Part shown: positions 44,251 to 54,692 of the stretch, one piece after another
Position numbering within the stretch: the stretch's first letter is position 1
How the letters are laid out: every line of letters begins with the position of its first letter
Assembly (NCBI RefSeq): GCF_050320075.1
Contig: NZ_CP190018.1
Source of the DNA: Escherichia coli
GTDB taxonomy: Bacteria > Pseudomonadota > Gammaproteobacteria > Enterobacterales > Enterobacteriaceae
Direction: 5' to 3' (one strand)
DNA: 64,000 nucleotides
Made by a program: the position numbers and the translations under genes
The notes under the pieces: generated by a model
Database searches by the model: none
What the model was told of the DNA's origin: nothing
What the model saw: only the letters and a program-made list of their open reading frames with translations

Positions 44251-44431
44251 GCCTCACCCCCTGACGAATACGGGCAGCGAATACAGCAACACAGCCGGAC
44301 GGGCAACAGTTACGCGCTTCTCGTTCGGTTGATGCCTCGACGTGAACAATACGGGAATCAGTCGGATTAAAGATGACAAAGCGCCAGATAAATGTGTTTT
44401 GAGAATGTTCGAGGGTAGGGGTAGTAGCCAT
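44243..44431 (-). CDS. hypothetical small protein (62 aa)
   Basis: Consensus AGGAGG Shine-Dalgarno 7 nt upstream of the ATG (minus strand ...ACAGGAGGCTGCCAAATGGCT...); first ORF after a structured leader. Confidence 0.5.
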   Translation of the reverse strand: MATTPTLEHSQNTFIWRFVIFNPTDSRIVHVEASTEREARNCCPSGCVAVFAARIRQGVRHA

Positions 44432-44591
44432 TTGGCAGCCTCCTGTAACGTTGGGATATACCCACCGCCGGAGGTGGTAAGCTCGATGGCGGTGGACTGT
44501 ACAGGGTTACCACAACTGGTGTTACAGGAAACCAGCCTGACCGAAGTCAGCCCCATACAGCCCACCATTGATAAGGCGTGCGCGTGCGCCG

Positions 44592-44617
44592 ATACAAAAA
44601 AAGACGCCTGGCGCGTC
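44592..44617 (-). terminator. intrinsic terminator/attenuator inside the island leader
   Basis: Minus strand AGACGC-gccag-GCGTCT followed by TTTTTTTGT; about 160 nt upstream of the 62-aa ORF. Confidence 0.6.
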
Positions 44618-44986
44618 TGTATCGCCTGTAACTCCAGCGGGGTGGTAATCCCGACACCCGTTTTATGAGGTGCGCAGGGAGTATATCCCGTTTTCTTGCT
44701 CATGTGGTCGGATGTGTTGAAGGTGTGCCCACCACACAAATCACATTGCTCACCAGCCGGAAATATGGCATTGTTGGCGATGCATTCAAGTTTAATATAT
44801 GCCTTCTGGCGACCCTCTGCGGTCGCCTTTGTTTTATTCGTAAGCAACATATTTCTTTTGTCGTTTAAGCTATGCGATTGTACGTTTCCGTTTAAAACGG
44901 AAGTGCTATTAGTTCAATTAATTCGTTCGTACGGTTTGAACTGAATAATAACATCAGCCATAATTTTTTATGGTTGAACGAAAACC

Positions 44987-45002
44987 TGCCCCTGTTTGGG
45001 CA
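44987..45002. terminator. hairpin downstream of alpA (bidirectional terminator-like)
   Basis: TGCCC-ctgttt-GGGCA followed by TTTTTG on the plus strand and by GGTTTTCG on the minus strand; ~75 nt after the alpA stop. Confidence 0.45.
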
Positions 45003-45077
45003 TTTTTGCCAGTATTCATAATGTTCTCTCTTAATTGTTTTGTTGCTTGATAGTAATCAGGCCAGCGTTAATCACAC

Positions 45078-45269
45078 TTATGCTTCACGAGTTTCTCTCT
45101 CACGTTCTTTCAACCAGGCGAGTACCTCATCTTCATACCAGCCAATGCGACGCAGCCCGATACGGAATCCTTTGGGGAACCCGCCTTTGTTAACCATCTC
45201 CGTTAGGGTCGAATCAGATTTAATGCGTAGCAAGGCCTTTACCTCTGGTCGTAAAAGAATAGCCCTCAT
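45078..45269 (-). CDS. alpA: AlpA-family phage regulatory protein (HTH, excisionase-like)
   Basis: 63 aa; pattern ILLRPEVKALLRIKSDSTLTEMVNKGGFPKG...IGWYEDEVLAWL matches AlpA/CP4-57 regulators; sits next to the integrase. Confidence 0.75.
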   Translation of the reverse strand: MRAILLRPEVKALLRIKSDSTLTEMVNKGGFPKGFRIGLRRIGWYEDEVLAWLKERERETREA

Positions 45270-45474
45270 CCTATTTCTCCTCTGGACAGCAAAATATCGC
45301 TTTTTGAATGAAAATAACGGTAAGTAATGTAATAAGCATACAAATCTATAAAAAAGACAGTCAAGAATTATTTAATAAGAGCTATGTGATTGGTTATTTT
45401 TTAATTTTCTAACATAAAAAGAATTTAAATGTTTCTCAAAATGAGACAGTATTGAGAAAGTAATGAGACACAAA

Positions 45475-45506
45475 TTAGCTCCTAACTGATACCAATTAGG
45501 AGCTAA
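45475..45506. other. perfect hairpin immediately downstream of the integrase gene
   Basis: TTAGCTCCTAA-ctgatacca-ATTAGGAGCTAA (11-bp perfect arms) followed by a T-rich tract on the plus strand; likely terminator or binding site. Confidence 0.45.
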
Positions 45507-45522
45507 TAATTTTTTAAATATT

Positions 45523-46767
45523 TTATTTTATTCCGCGTAATCCTCTGTGCCCGCTGGCGATGGTTGTTCCGGTTGCGGCTGCTTCCACAAAATCACCCCA
45601 CCAGCACATTAACACTTTACGTTTTTCCAGGTAGTTGCTTCGGTTGTATGCCCGTCTAACTTCGTTTGTGTCCACGTGGGCTAGTGCGGCTTCGATCACG
45701 TCAGGTTCAAATCCTTCTTCATTCGCCGCCGTGCTGAATATTGCGCGTAGTCCGTGAGATACCAGCACACCAGCGTAACCCATTCGTCGTAATGCTGCGT
45801 TTGCTGTCTGGCTGCTCATTGATTGCACTGGATTTTTAAGACTTGGGAAAACATGCTCCCTTCGTGCGCTAATCGGCTTCATGGCTTCAAGCACTGCCAT
45901 CGCCTGAGCGCAAAGGGGGATCACATGATCACGGCGCATCTTCATGCGTCCGGCTGGTATCGTCCAGGTTGCCGCCTCAAGGTTGATTTCTTCCCACCGT
46001 GCGGCGGAGGCTTCGGCTGGGCGGGTTGCGGTTAACAACTGCCACTCAATCAGCAATCTGGTTTGCCGTTCTATGCTGGCGATCGATAAATCGTGCATTA
46101 GCTGCGGTAGTTGTTCCGGTCGGATGGTTGGCATGTGCTTTTTGGTGGGGGAAGGGAATGCCTTGCGAACGTTCGCGGCGGTGTTGATGTCAATCAGTCC
46201 ACTGTTGGCAGCAAAATCCATCACTTCATTGATGCGCTGTAAAACGCGTTTCAGTGTTTCCAGGTTGCCACGTGCCTTGATGGGCGTGAGTATCTCAACA
46301 AAGCGGCGAGCGGTGAGAGTATCTATCGGTGTGTTTCCGATATACGGGAATACATATTTCTCTAGCGAGCGCCAGATGTCCTTGATCGTATTGTGGGCGA
46401 GATTCTGGTTTTTTTTCATTTCGTACCACAATGCGGCCACATTTTCGAACGTGTTGCCCTGTCGTCGAGCCTCTGCTTCGAGTTTTTGCCGTTCGTATTC
46501 CTGCGGGTCGGTTCCTGCCGCAATTAACGTCCTGTACTCGCTACGGCGTTTTCTGGCATCAGCCAGGGAGACTTCATCAAGCGAGCCCAAACTAATGATT
46601 GTTCGTTTTTTGTTCGATGGTCGATAGTAGTTGAATCGCCATAGTTTCGAACCAGACGGCTTAATAACGAGAAAAAGCCCGCCGCCATCCTGTAAGGTGT
46701 ATTCTTTTTCCGCTGGTTTAGCTGCTTTGATCTGTGTGGTGGTGAGTGGGGTCGCCTTTCTTGCCAT
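45523..46767 (-). CDS. int: tyrosine recombinase / integrase, P4 family
   Basis: 414 aa; N-terminal arm-binding domain (LTTTQIKAAKPAEKEYTLQDGGGLFLVIKPSGSKLWRFNYY), catalytic region with R...HGLR...Y; adjacent to the tRNA 3' end. Confidence 0.9.
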   Translation of the reverse strand: MARKATPLTTTQIKAAKPAEKEYTLQDGGGLFLVIKPSGSKLWRFNYYRPSNKKRTIISLGSLDEVSLADARKRRSEYRTLIAAGTDPQEYERQKLEAEARRQGNTFENVAALWYEMKKNQNLAHNTIKDIWRSLEKYVFPYIGNTPIDTLTARRFVEILTPIKARGNLETLKRVLQRINEVMDFAANSGLIDINTAANVRKAFPSPTKKHMPTIRPEQLPQLMHDLSIASIERQTRLLIEWQLLTATRPAEASAARWEEINLEAATWTIPAGRMKMRRDHVIPLCAQAMAVLEAMKPISARREHVFPSLKNPVQSMSSQTANAALRRMGYAGVLVSHGLRAIFSTAANEEGFEPDVIEAALAHVDTNEVRRAYNRSNYLEKRKVLMCWWGDFVEAAATGTTIASGHRGLRGIK

Positions 46768-46799
46768 ACGTTTATGAATCCACGGGAAAAAACAGGTTC

Positions 46800-46856
46800 T
46801 AGTTATACGGATTTAGCTATGCGCCAGCCCGTATAACTAAACATATAACTAAAAAA
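46800..46856. repeat. candidate integrase arm-type sites (GTATAACTA repeats)
   Basis: TAGTTATACGG (inverted), GTATAACTAAA and ATATAACTAAAA between int and the tRNA; another copy CGTATAACTAAA at 38879-38890 near the other island end. Confidence 0.5.
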
Positions 46857-46973
46857 AACGGCTGAAAACCACTGTTACCGTCGAATAACGATGACTAAAA
46901 ACAATAAAAAAACCCGCTATTCAATGAATTAGCGGGCTTATTTCATAAAAACGATAATTAATAATGGGCGATT

Positions 46974-47050
46974 TGGTCGGCACGAGAGGATTTGAACCTC
47001 CGACCCCCGACACCCCATGACGGTGCGCTACCAGGCTGCGCTACGTGCCG
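46974..47050 (-). tRNA. proL: tRNA-Pro (anticodon GGG inferred)
   Basis: Minus strand reads CGGCACGTAGCGCAGCCTGGTAGCGCACCGTCATGGGGTGTCGGGGGTCGGAGGTTCAAATCCTCTCGTGCCGACCA: 77 nt, cloverleaf-compatible, GGTTCAAATCC T-arm, encoded CCA. Confidence 0.9.
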
Positions 47051-47124
47051 ACTCGTGGCTGTTAATACTACCGTTTTCCACACCGATTGCAAGTAAGATA
47101 TTTTGCTAACTGATTTATAATTAA

Positions 47125-48885
47125 TCAGTTAGCGATAAAACGCTTCTCGTCTGTCAGTACTTGCAATAACAAACTTAACTGTGGTTTTTCATCTTTCACT
47201 CTTTCACCACGTAAGTTGTAAGTACGGTATTTACCGTTATTGTTCAGCACCAGCGTCTTTTTCGGGGTGGTAATTGCCAGCGTATCGTTATCCGCGGCGG
47301 TAACCCAGTAATGACGGCGTTGAGAGTTGAACAAATCCTGACCTTGCGAATATTCGCTGGCAGGTGTGCTGACATGTAGCAGGCGTTGCATCAGCGTCGT
47401 CATCAGATCGGTATGATCAGTCAGAGCATTAATACGCTGCGCCGGCGTACCTGGCCAGTGAATCACTAATGGCACCTGCAGATGACCGTGGGACCAGTCA
47501 AAGGTTTCTTCCTCTTCGCTCAGCGGAATACCCCGACCGGCAGTGATAATCACCACCGTATTGTCCAGTTTGCCAGAATCACGTAGTGCATTGAGCACGC
47601 GGTTGATCTGGTCATCGACATTGCTTGCCGCCCGGCTATATTTCCGTGCAAATGCCTGCTGATTGCTGTCGTCAATGTTAGTGCCATTGAAAGAAACCCA
47701 CGAGAACCAGCGGTTATCTTCTTGTGCGTAGCGGCCCAGCCAGTTGATCCACTGCGTGGCGGTCTGCTCGTCGGATTGGGTGCGTACGCTCGGCATCGAG
47801 AAATCTGACAACAATGCCTGGCGATACAGCGGGCTGGTAAAGCCATCTGACGAGAATAACCCCAGCTGATAGCCTTGCTGATTAAGCGCAGTAATTAACG
47901 CCGCAGGCGTACGGGTCGACAGAATGCCGTCCATATAGCTCGGCGAGATGCCATAGAACAGGCCAAAGATGCCGTTGTCTGTAGTGTTGCCGGAGCTCAT
48001 ATGGCGCGTGAACGAAATATTTTGCTCAGCAAAACCTGCCAGCGCAGGCATCTGCTTCTCGAAGCGTGAGTAGTTCAGGCCATCGACAGTAATCAACAAG
48101 ACATTCTGCCCGGTGCCCATATCGCGATAGCGCAGTTCGCTTAACGGATACTGAACGGAAACGGCGTCTGGATTACCTTGCTCAATGAGACGGCGTTGAT
48201 ACTCCTGCGCATCAAGCAGACCATGCTTCTCAAGAAAACGTCGCGCCGTCATCGGGTACGAAAGCGGTAGGTTAGCGCGCTGCATGGTGATCGGGCGATA
48301 GAAGTTGGCATCGGCCCAGATATACACCACATGCGAGGCGATAAAGGCGATAAATAAGAATGCGGCCAGCGGGCGCGCGAAGCGCCGACGACGCGTCAGG
48401 CTGCGTAGCTTTTGCCAGCTCCACGTCGCAAACACCAGTTCAAGCAATAAAATAACCGGCACGCTGATGAACATCAGCTGCCAGTCGCGCGCCATCTCAT
48501 TTTCGTCTGGGTTGATAACCAGTTGCCAGACGATGGGATTAAGATGGAGATGGAAACGAGTAAAGACTTCGCTATCGATCAGTAATAGCGTCATTCCCGC
48601 CGTTGCCAGAATGACGGACAAAAACCTCATCAGCCTCTGGGAGCCGACGATAAAGGTCAGCGGGAAGAGGATCAGCAAGTAGGTGGCGAACACCAGGAAG
48701 CTGAAATGGCCGATAATGCTTACGTAGGAATAAATGCGACCAGCAAGCGTTGTCGGCCAGTCGGCGATAAACAGGTAACGGCTGCCAATGACGAGCGAAA
48801 GCAGAATATTGAACAGTGCAAACCAGTGCCCCCAACTGACCATCTGGGAGACTTTTTCACGGTAGCGCTGACGATGAGTTACCAT
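47125..48885 (-). CDS. yejM: inner-membrane protein with periplasmic sulfatase-like domain (PbgA/YejM)
   Basis: 586-aa ORF; five N-terminal TM helices plus C-terminal sulfatase-fold-like domain; synteny with proL and yejL. Confidence 0.85.
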   Translation of the reverse strand: MVTHRQRYREKVSQMVSWGHWFALFNILLSLVIGSRYLFIADWPTTLAGRIYSYVSIIGHFSFLVFATYLLILFPLTFIVGSQRLMRFLSVILATAGMTLLLIDSEVFTRFHLHLNPIVWQLVINPDENEMARDWQLMFISVPVILLLELVFATWSWQKLRSLTRRRRFARPLAAFLFIAFIASHVVYIWADANFYRPITMQRANLPLSYPMTARRFLEKHGLLDAQEYQRRLIEQGNPDAVSVQYPLSELRYRDMGTGQNVLLITVDGLNYSRFEKQMPALAGFAEQNISFTRHMSSGNTTDNGIFGLFYGISPSYMDGILSTRTPAALITALNQQGYQLGLFSSDGFTSPLYRQALLSDFSMPSVRTQSDEQTATQWINWLGRYAQEDNRWFSWVSFNGTNIDDSNQQAFARKYSRAASNVDDQINRVLNALRDSGKLDNTVVIITAGRGIPLSEEEETFDWSHGHLQVPLVIHWPGTPAQRINALTDHTDLMTTLMQRLLHVSTPASEYSQGQDLFNSQRRHYWVTAADNDTLAITTPKKTLVLNNNGKYRTYNLRGERVKDEKPQLSLLLQVLTDEKRFIAN

Positions 48886-48904
48886 AACCTGTTATCTGTT
48901 TCCC

Positions 48905-49132
48905 TTAGTGCGCTTTGTCTTCGTTGATAGAGGACTGTAAGGCGCGGGCAAAAGAGTTGGCAATTGCCTGGCGTTGGGCCGGGGCAATGCTGGTGTTGAT
49001 AAGGTTAGTGACCATGTTGCCTAACACCATCAGGGAAAGGTCGGTCGGAGCCTTATGTTTTTCCAGTACGTTGAGCAGCTCTGCGAGCAATTGTTCAACC
49101 TGTTCATCACTGTAGCGGGAAATTTGTGGCAT
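48905..49132 (-). CDS. yejL: UPF0352 family small protein
   Basis: 75-aa [43 protein letters not shown]..., between yejM and yejK. Confidence 0.8.
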
Positions 49133-49313
49133 AAATCGAAATCAGTTAGTTGATGAAAGGGCAACATATTACCGTAGCAACGGTTTTTTTTCTGCTTTTT
49201 TATGCGTTAAATCATTCTCGTTACGCCGCCTTCTGTAAAATGACCGCCATCTTTTATTGCGTCGCTTAACCGGCGGTGGTTGAATACCGCCCGGTCTTAA
49301 AGGAGAGTTTATC

Positions 49314-50321
49314 ATGAGTCTGGATATCAACCAGATTGCTCTGCACCAGCTTATCAAGCGTGATGAGCAGAACCTTGAGCTGGTGTTGCGCGATTCATTG
49401 CTGGAACCGACAGAAACCGTCGTTGAGATGGTGGCAGAACTGCATCGGGTCTATAGCGCCAAAAATAAAGCTTACGGCTTGTTTAGCGAAGAGAGTGAAC
49501 TGGCGCAGACACTGCGCTTACAGCGTCAGGGCGAAGAGGACTTTCTGGCATTTAGCCGCGCGGCAACCGGTCGCCTGCGTGACGAATTAGCGAAATATCC
49601 TTTTGCTGACGGTGGATTCGTGCTGTTTTGCCACTATCGCTATCTGGCGGTGGAGTATCTGCTGGTGGCAGTTCTGAGCAACCTGAGCAGTATGCGTGTT
49701 AACGAAAATCTCGACATCAACCCAACCCATTATCTTGATATCAATCATGCGGATATTGTTGCGCGTATCGATTTAACCGAGTGGGAAACCAATCCAGAGT
49801 CGACCCGCTATCTCACTTTCCTGAAAGGGCGAGTAGGGCGCAAAGTGGCGGATTTCTTTATGGATTTCCTCGGGGCCAGCGAAGGGTTAAACGCGAAAGC
49901 GCAAAACCGTGGGCTGTTGCAAGCGGTTGATGATTTCACTGCCGAAGCACAACTGGATAAAGCAGAGCGACAGAACGTGCGCCAGCAGGTTTATAGCTAC
50001 TGTAATGAGCAGCTGCAGGCAGGCGAAGAGATTGAACTGGAATCGCTGTCGAAAGAGCTGGCAGGCGTCAGCGAAGTGAGCTTCACGGAGTTTGCGGCTG
50101 AAAAAGGCTACGAACTGGAAGAGAGCTTCCCGGCAGACCGTAGCACACTGCGTCAGTTGACGAAGTTTGCCGGTAGCGGCGGTGGCTTGACTATTAACTT
50201 TGATGCGATGCTGTTAGGTGAACGCATCTTCTGGGATCCAGCAACCGATACCCTGACCATTAAAGGCACGCCGCCGAATTTGCGCGATCAATTGCAGCGC
50301 CGGACGTCTGGCGGCAATTAA
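49314..50321 (+). CDS. yejK: nucleoid-associated protein YejK (NdpA)
   Basis: 335-aa ORF starting [19 protein letters not shown]. Confidence 0.85.
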
Positions 50322-50335
50322 TCGGTTTTGTGTTC

Positions 50336-50375
50336 TGAATGCCAGATGCGGCGTGAACGCCTTATCTGGCCTGCA
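50336..50375. repeat. REP element downstream of yejK
   Basis: TGCCAGATGCGGCGTGAACGCCTTATCTGGCCTGC, a typical REP unit. Confidence 0.7.
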
Positions 50376-50415
50376 AAAAATAGCAATACCGTAATCAGGC
50401 ATATTCTGCAGATAC

Positions 50416-50443
50416 AAAAAACCCCGCCGGAGCGGGGTTTTTT
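50416..50443. terminator. bidirectional rho-independent terminator between convergent yejK and rplY
   Basis: AAAAAACCCCGCC-gga-GCGGGGTTTTTT. Confidence 0.85.
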
Positions 50444-50459
50444 ACAACTTATTCAGCAA

Positions 50460-50852
<393 letters not shown>

Positions 50853-50868
50853 TCAATCAAAACTACCA

Positions 50869-52629
50869 TTAACCGCGTAATTCGTGCGCCCGACGAAAAC
50901 GACCTTCGTAATCGAACACTTTTTCACGCACTTGCCAGTACTGACCTTTCATGCGGGCGACGACAAAATCCGGGTGTCGCAGTAATGCTTGCTGGGCGAG
51001 GATATCAGCGGCGGTGATCCAGCGCAGAGGGATGCCCGGTGTGCGCGTATGCGGGCGGATAAAAAGCTGCTCGAAGGCGGTACGCTGAGCGGGCGTTTGC
51101 AGACGGAAACGCTCACTCACATCCGCGCCGTCTTCATCGTAATAGGTGATTTTCAACCATTCGCCTTTCTCGTCGTGCCCATGCTGCAAAGACATGCCGC
51201 TACAGCGTAATACCAGCGCGTCTTTCAGTCGTAGCGCCGCTTTTAACATATCATCCGGATCAACCAGTACGGTGTCACATTCGCGGCAGCGGCGGGCGGC
51301 AATATCGTTTTCCGCGTTACATTGCGGGCAATTTTTAAAACGGAAACGGAAATCACACTGTTCTCGATGACCGTCGTCATCTTCAAACCATCCCTGACAG
51401 CGGCGACCAAAGTGTTCAATCAATGTCCCGTCGGCGGTCGTTTTCCCCCAAAAGGTGTTGGCAAAACCGCAGGCAGGGCAGAAAACCTGTACCGGAACGT
51501 TGTCACTTTTGCCTTTCGGTGTACCAACTTCCGGCGCGTAGAGATCGTGAGGGTTACCCGCATAATCAAGAATTAAGCAATCAGTCTTGCCTGGAGCGAG
51601 ACGCAGACCGCGCCCGACAATTTGTTGGTAAAGACTCACCGATTCGGTAGGGCGCAGAATAGCAATAAGATCGACGTGCGGGGCGTCAAATCCAGTGGTC
51701 AGTACCGCGACGTTGACCAGATAGCGAAAACGCTGGGCTTTAAAATCTTCAATTAACACATCGCGCTCAGCGCCGGGTGTGTCGCCAGTAATCAGTGCTG
51801 CATCTTCGGCAGGCAGCAGTCCCACTATCTCCTTGGCGTGTTCAACGGTGGCGGCGAAAATCATCACTCCTTTACGCTTTTCGGCGAACTCCATAATCTG
51901 GCTGATGATGTGCGGGGTAATACGTTGCTGTTTTTTCAGCTCGCGGTTGAGATCGGCTTCGCTGAAAAGCCCGTTACTCTGTGCCTGCAAGCGGCTGAAA
52001 TCGTATTGCACTACTGGCATATCCAGTCGTTCTGGCGGCGTCAGATAGCCGTGTTTAATCATATAACGCAGCGGCAGCTCATAAATGCAGTCACGGAAAA
52101 GGGCTTTCTCATCGCCGCGTACCATGCCGTGATAATGGAACTGGTAGATCCAGCCTTTGCCCAATCGAAAAGGCGTGGCAGTCAGCCCCAGCAGGCGTAA
52201 GTGGGGATTCACTTTTGTCAGGTGAGTGAGGATTTGCTGATACTGGCTCTCTTCATCGTCACCAATACGGTGACATTCATCGACAATCAACAGCGAAAAT
52301 TCACCCTGAAAGGCATCAAGATTACGGGCGACCGACTGCACGCTGCCAAATACCACTTTACCGTGGCTCTCTTTGCGCTTTAGCCCGGCGGCAAAAATAT
52401 CGGCTTCCAGCCCCAGCGCCTGATATTTTGCATGGTTTTGCGCCACCAGTTCTTTAACGTGTGCCAGCACCAGCACGCGACCACGCGCCAGCCGCGCCAG
52501 TTCCGCTATCACCAGGCTTTTACCTGCACCGGTGGGCAGCACGATAACGGCAGGGGTTTTATGACGACGAAAATGGTTGAGCGTGGCATCCACGGCTTCT
52601 TGCTGATATGGGCGGAGTGTAAAAATCAT
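50869..52629 (-). CDS. radD: ATP-dependent DNA repair helicase RadD (superfamily 2)
   Basis: 586-aa ORF; Walker A GAGKS, DECH box (IVDECHRI), C-terminal Cys-rich zinc-binding region. Confidence 0.85.
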   Translation of the reverse strand: MIFTLRPYQQEAVDATLNHFRRHKTPAVIVLPTGAGKSLVIAELARLARGRVLVLAHVKELVAQNHAKYQALGLEADIFAAGLKRKESHGKVVFGSVQSVARNLDAFQGEFSLLIVDECHRIGDDEESQYQQILTHLTKVNPHLRLLGLTATPFRLGKGWIYQFHYHGMVRGDEKALFRDCIYELPLRYMIKHGYLTPPERLDMPVVQYDFSRLQAQSNGLFSEADLNRELKKQQRITPHIISQIMEFAEKRKGVMIFAATVEHAKEIVGLLPAEDAALITGDTPGAERDVLIEDFKAQRFRYLVNVAVLTTGFDAPHVDLIAILRPTESVSLYQQIVGRGLRLAPGKTDCLILDYAGNPHDLYAPEVGTPKGKSDNVPVQVFCPACGFANTFWGKTTADGTLIEHFGRRCQGWFEDDDGHREQCDFRFRFKNCPQCNAENDIAARRCRECDTVLVDPDDMLKAALRLKDALVLRCSGMSLQHGHDEKGEWLKITYYDEDGADVSERFRLQTPAQRTAFEQLFIRPHTRTPGIPLRWITAADILAQQALLRHPDFVVARMKGQYWQVREKVFDYEGRFRRAHELRG

Positions 52630-52778
52630 GGTCTCGCGTAGGTAGATTATTCTGCTAATAGTATGCCACGGATCTTTTTCCCTTGAGGGAAGTTATTAGA
52701 CCGCTATACTGGGCAGACAACAGTTCAGATTTTCGGGTCATTACCCGACCTCCGTTTTTTACAGGCAAAATCACACAC

Positions 52779-53474
52779 ATGCGACTTGATAAATTTATCG
52801 CACAGCAACTCGGCGTTAGCCGTGCTATTGCCGGGCGTGAAATCCGCGGCAATCGTGTCACCGTCGATGGCGAAATCGTCCGTAATGCAGCGTTCAAACT
52901 GCTCCCTGAACATGATGTCGCTTACGATGGCAACCCGCTGGCGCAGCAACACGGTCCACGTTACTTCATGCTCAATAAACCTCAGGGCTATGTTTGCTCC
53001 ACGGACGACCCGGATCACCCAACGGTGCTCTATTTTCTTGATGAACCGGTAGCGTGGAAACTGCACGCTGCAGGGCGTCTGGATATCGATACCACCGGTC
53101 TGGTACTAATGACAGATGATGGTCAGTGGTCGCACCGCATTACTTCTCCGCGCCATCATTGCGAGAAGACCTATCTGGTGACGCTGGAATCACCCGTAGC
53201 TGACGATACGGCAGAGCAATTTGCTAAAGGCGTGCAGCTGCATAACGAAAAAGATCTCACTAAGCCGGCGGTGCTGGAAGTGATTACCCCAACGCAGGTT
53301 CGTTTGACCATCAGCGAAGGGCGTTATCATCAGGTGAAACGTATGTTCGCCGCCGTGGGTAACCATGTGGTTGAGCTGCATCGTGAACGTATTGGCGGCA
53401 TTACGCTGGATGCTGATTTAGCTCCCGGTGAATATCGTCCGTTAACTGAAGAAGAAATTGCCAGCGTCGTCTAA
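52779..53474 (+). CDS. rsuA: 16S rRNA pseudouridine(516) synthase
   Basis: 231 aa from [22 protein letters not shown] (S4 domain) with catalytic [10 protein letters not shown] motif; ORF track start at 52683 is an upstream extension. Confidence 0.9.
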
Positions 53475-53501
53475 CTTTTCAATGACTTTCAGGAGCCCGT
53501 T

Positions 53502-54692
53502 GTGACCACCCGACAGCATTCGTCGTTTGCTATTGTTTTTATCCTTGGCCTGCTGGCCATGTTGATGCCGCTGTCGATTGATATGTATCTGCCCGCGCTA
53601 CCGGTAATTTCAGCGCAGTTTGGCGTACCGGCAGGCAGTACGCAGATGACCCTCAGTACTTATATTCTGGGCTTTGCGTTGGGGCAGTTAATCTACGGGC
53701 CGATGGCAGACAGCTTCGGGCGTAAGCCGGTGGTTCTTGGCGGTACGCTGGTGTTTGCCGCCGCCGCGGTGGCGTGTGCGTTGGCAAACACCATCGATCA
53801 GCTGATTGTGATGCGTTTCTTCCACGGGCTGGCTGCGGCTGCGGCCAGCGTGGTCATTAATGCCCTGATGCGCGATATTTACCCGAAAGAAGAGTTCTCG
53901 CGGATGATGTCGTTTGTCATGCTGGTGACCACTATTGCACCGTTGATGGCACCGATTGTCGGCGGTTGGGTGCTGGTGTGGCTGAGCTGGCATTACATCT
54001 TCTGGATCCTGGCATTAGCGGCGATTCTGGCTTCGGCAATGATTTTCTTCCTGATTAAAGAAACGTTGCCGCCAGAGCGTCGTCAGCCATTTCACATTCG
54101 TACCACTATTGGTAACTTTGCGGCGCTGTTCCGTCATAAGCGTGTCCTGAGTTATATGCTTGCCAGTGGTTTCAGCTTTGCCGGGATGTTCTCGTTCTTA
54201 AGCGCCGGACCGTTTGTCTACATTGAAATTAACCACGTCGCGCCGGAAAACTTTGGTTATTACTTTGCGCTAAACATTGTTTTCCTGTTCGTGATGACTA
54301 TCTTTAACAGCCGCTTCGTCCGCCGAATTGGCGCGTTAAATATGTTCCGCTCGGGGTTGTGGATACAGTTTATTATGGCGGCGTGGATGGTCATCAGTGC
54401 GCTGCTGGGGCTGGGATTCTGGTCGCTGGTGGTTGGCGTTGCGGCGTTTGTGGGCTGCGTGTCGATGGTGTCATCTAATGCGATGGCGGTCATTCTTGAT
54501 GAGTTTCCCCATATGGCGGGAACGGCATCTTCGCTGGCAGGAACCTTCCGTTTCGGCATAGGGGCAATTGTTGGCGCATTACTTTCTCTTGCGACCTTTA
54601 ACTCTGCATGGCCGATGATTTGGTCAATTGCATTCTGCGCAACCAGCTCCATTCTCTTCTGTCTGTACGCCAGTCGGCCGAAAAAACGGTGA
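53502..54692 (+). CDS. bcr: MFS multidrug efflux transporter (bicyclomycin resistance type)
   Basis: 396-aa 12-TM ORF with GTG start preceded by AGGAG; MFS motif [12 protein letters not shown]. Confidence 0.85.

Larger units (their letters stand above)
38794..46993. mobile_element. ~8.2 kb integrative island (P4-like / satellite-like) inserted at the 3' end of tRNA-Pro
   Basis: Bounded by the tRNA 3' end (46974-46993) and a degenerate direct copy of it (38794-38813, 16/20 identical, shared core GGCACGAGAG). Integrase lies next to the tRNA; all island genes are co-oriented. Confidence 0.8.

Noticed and set aside
44254-44850. 198-aa ORF on the minus strand inside the island
   Set aside because: It reads straight through an intrinsic terminator (44592-44617) and overlaps the 62-aa ORF, which has a consensus AGGAGG SD in another frame; its own start lacks an SD. 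More likely a non-coding leader. Its CDLCGGH stretch loosely recalls Ogr/Delta-type zinc fingers but lacks the second Cys pair at the right spacing.
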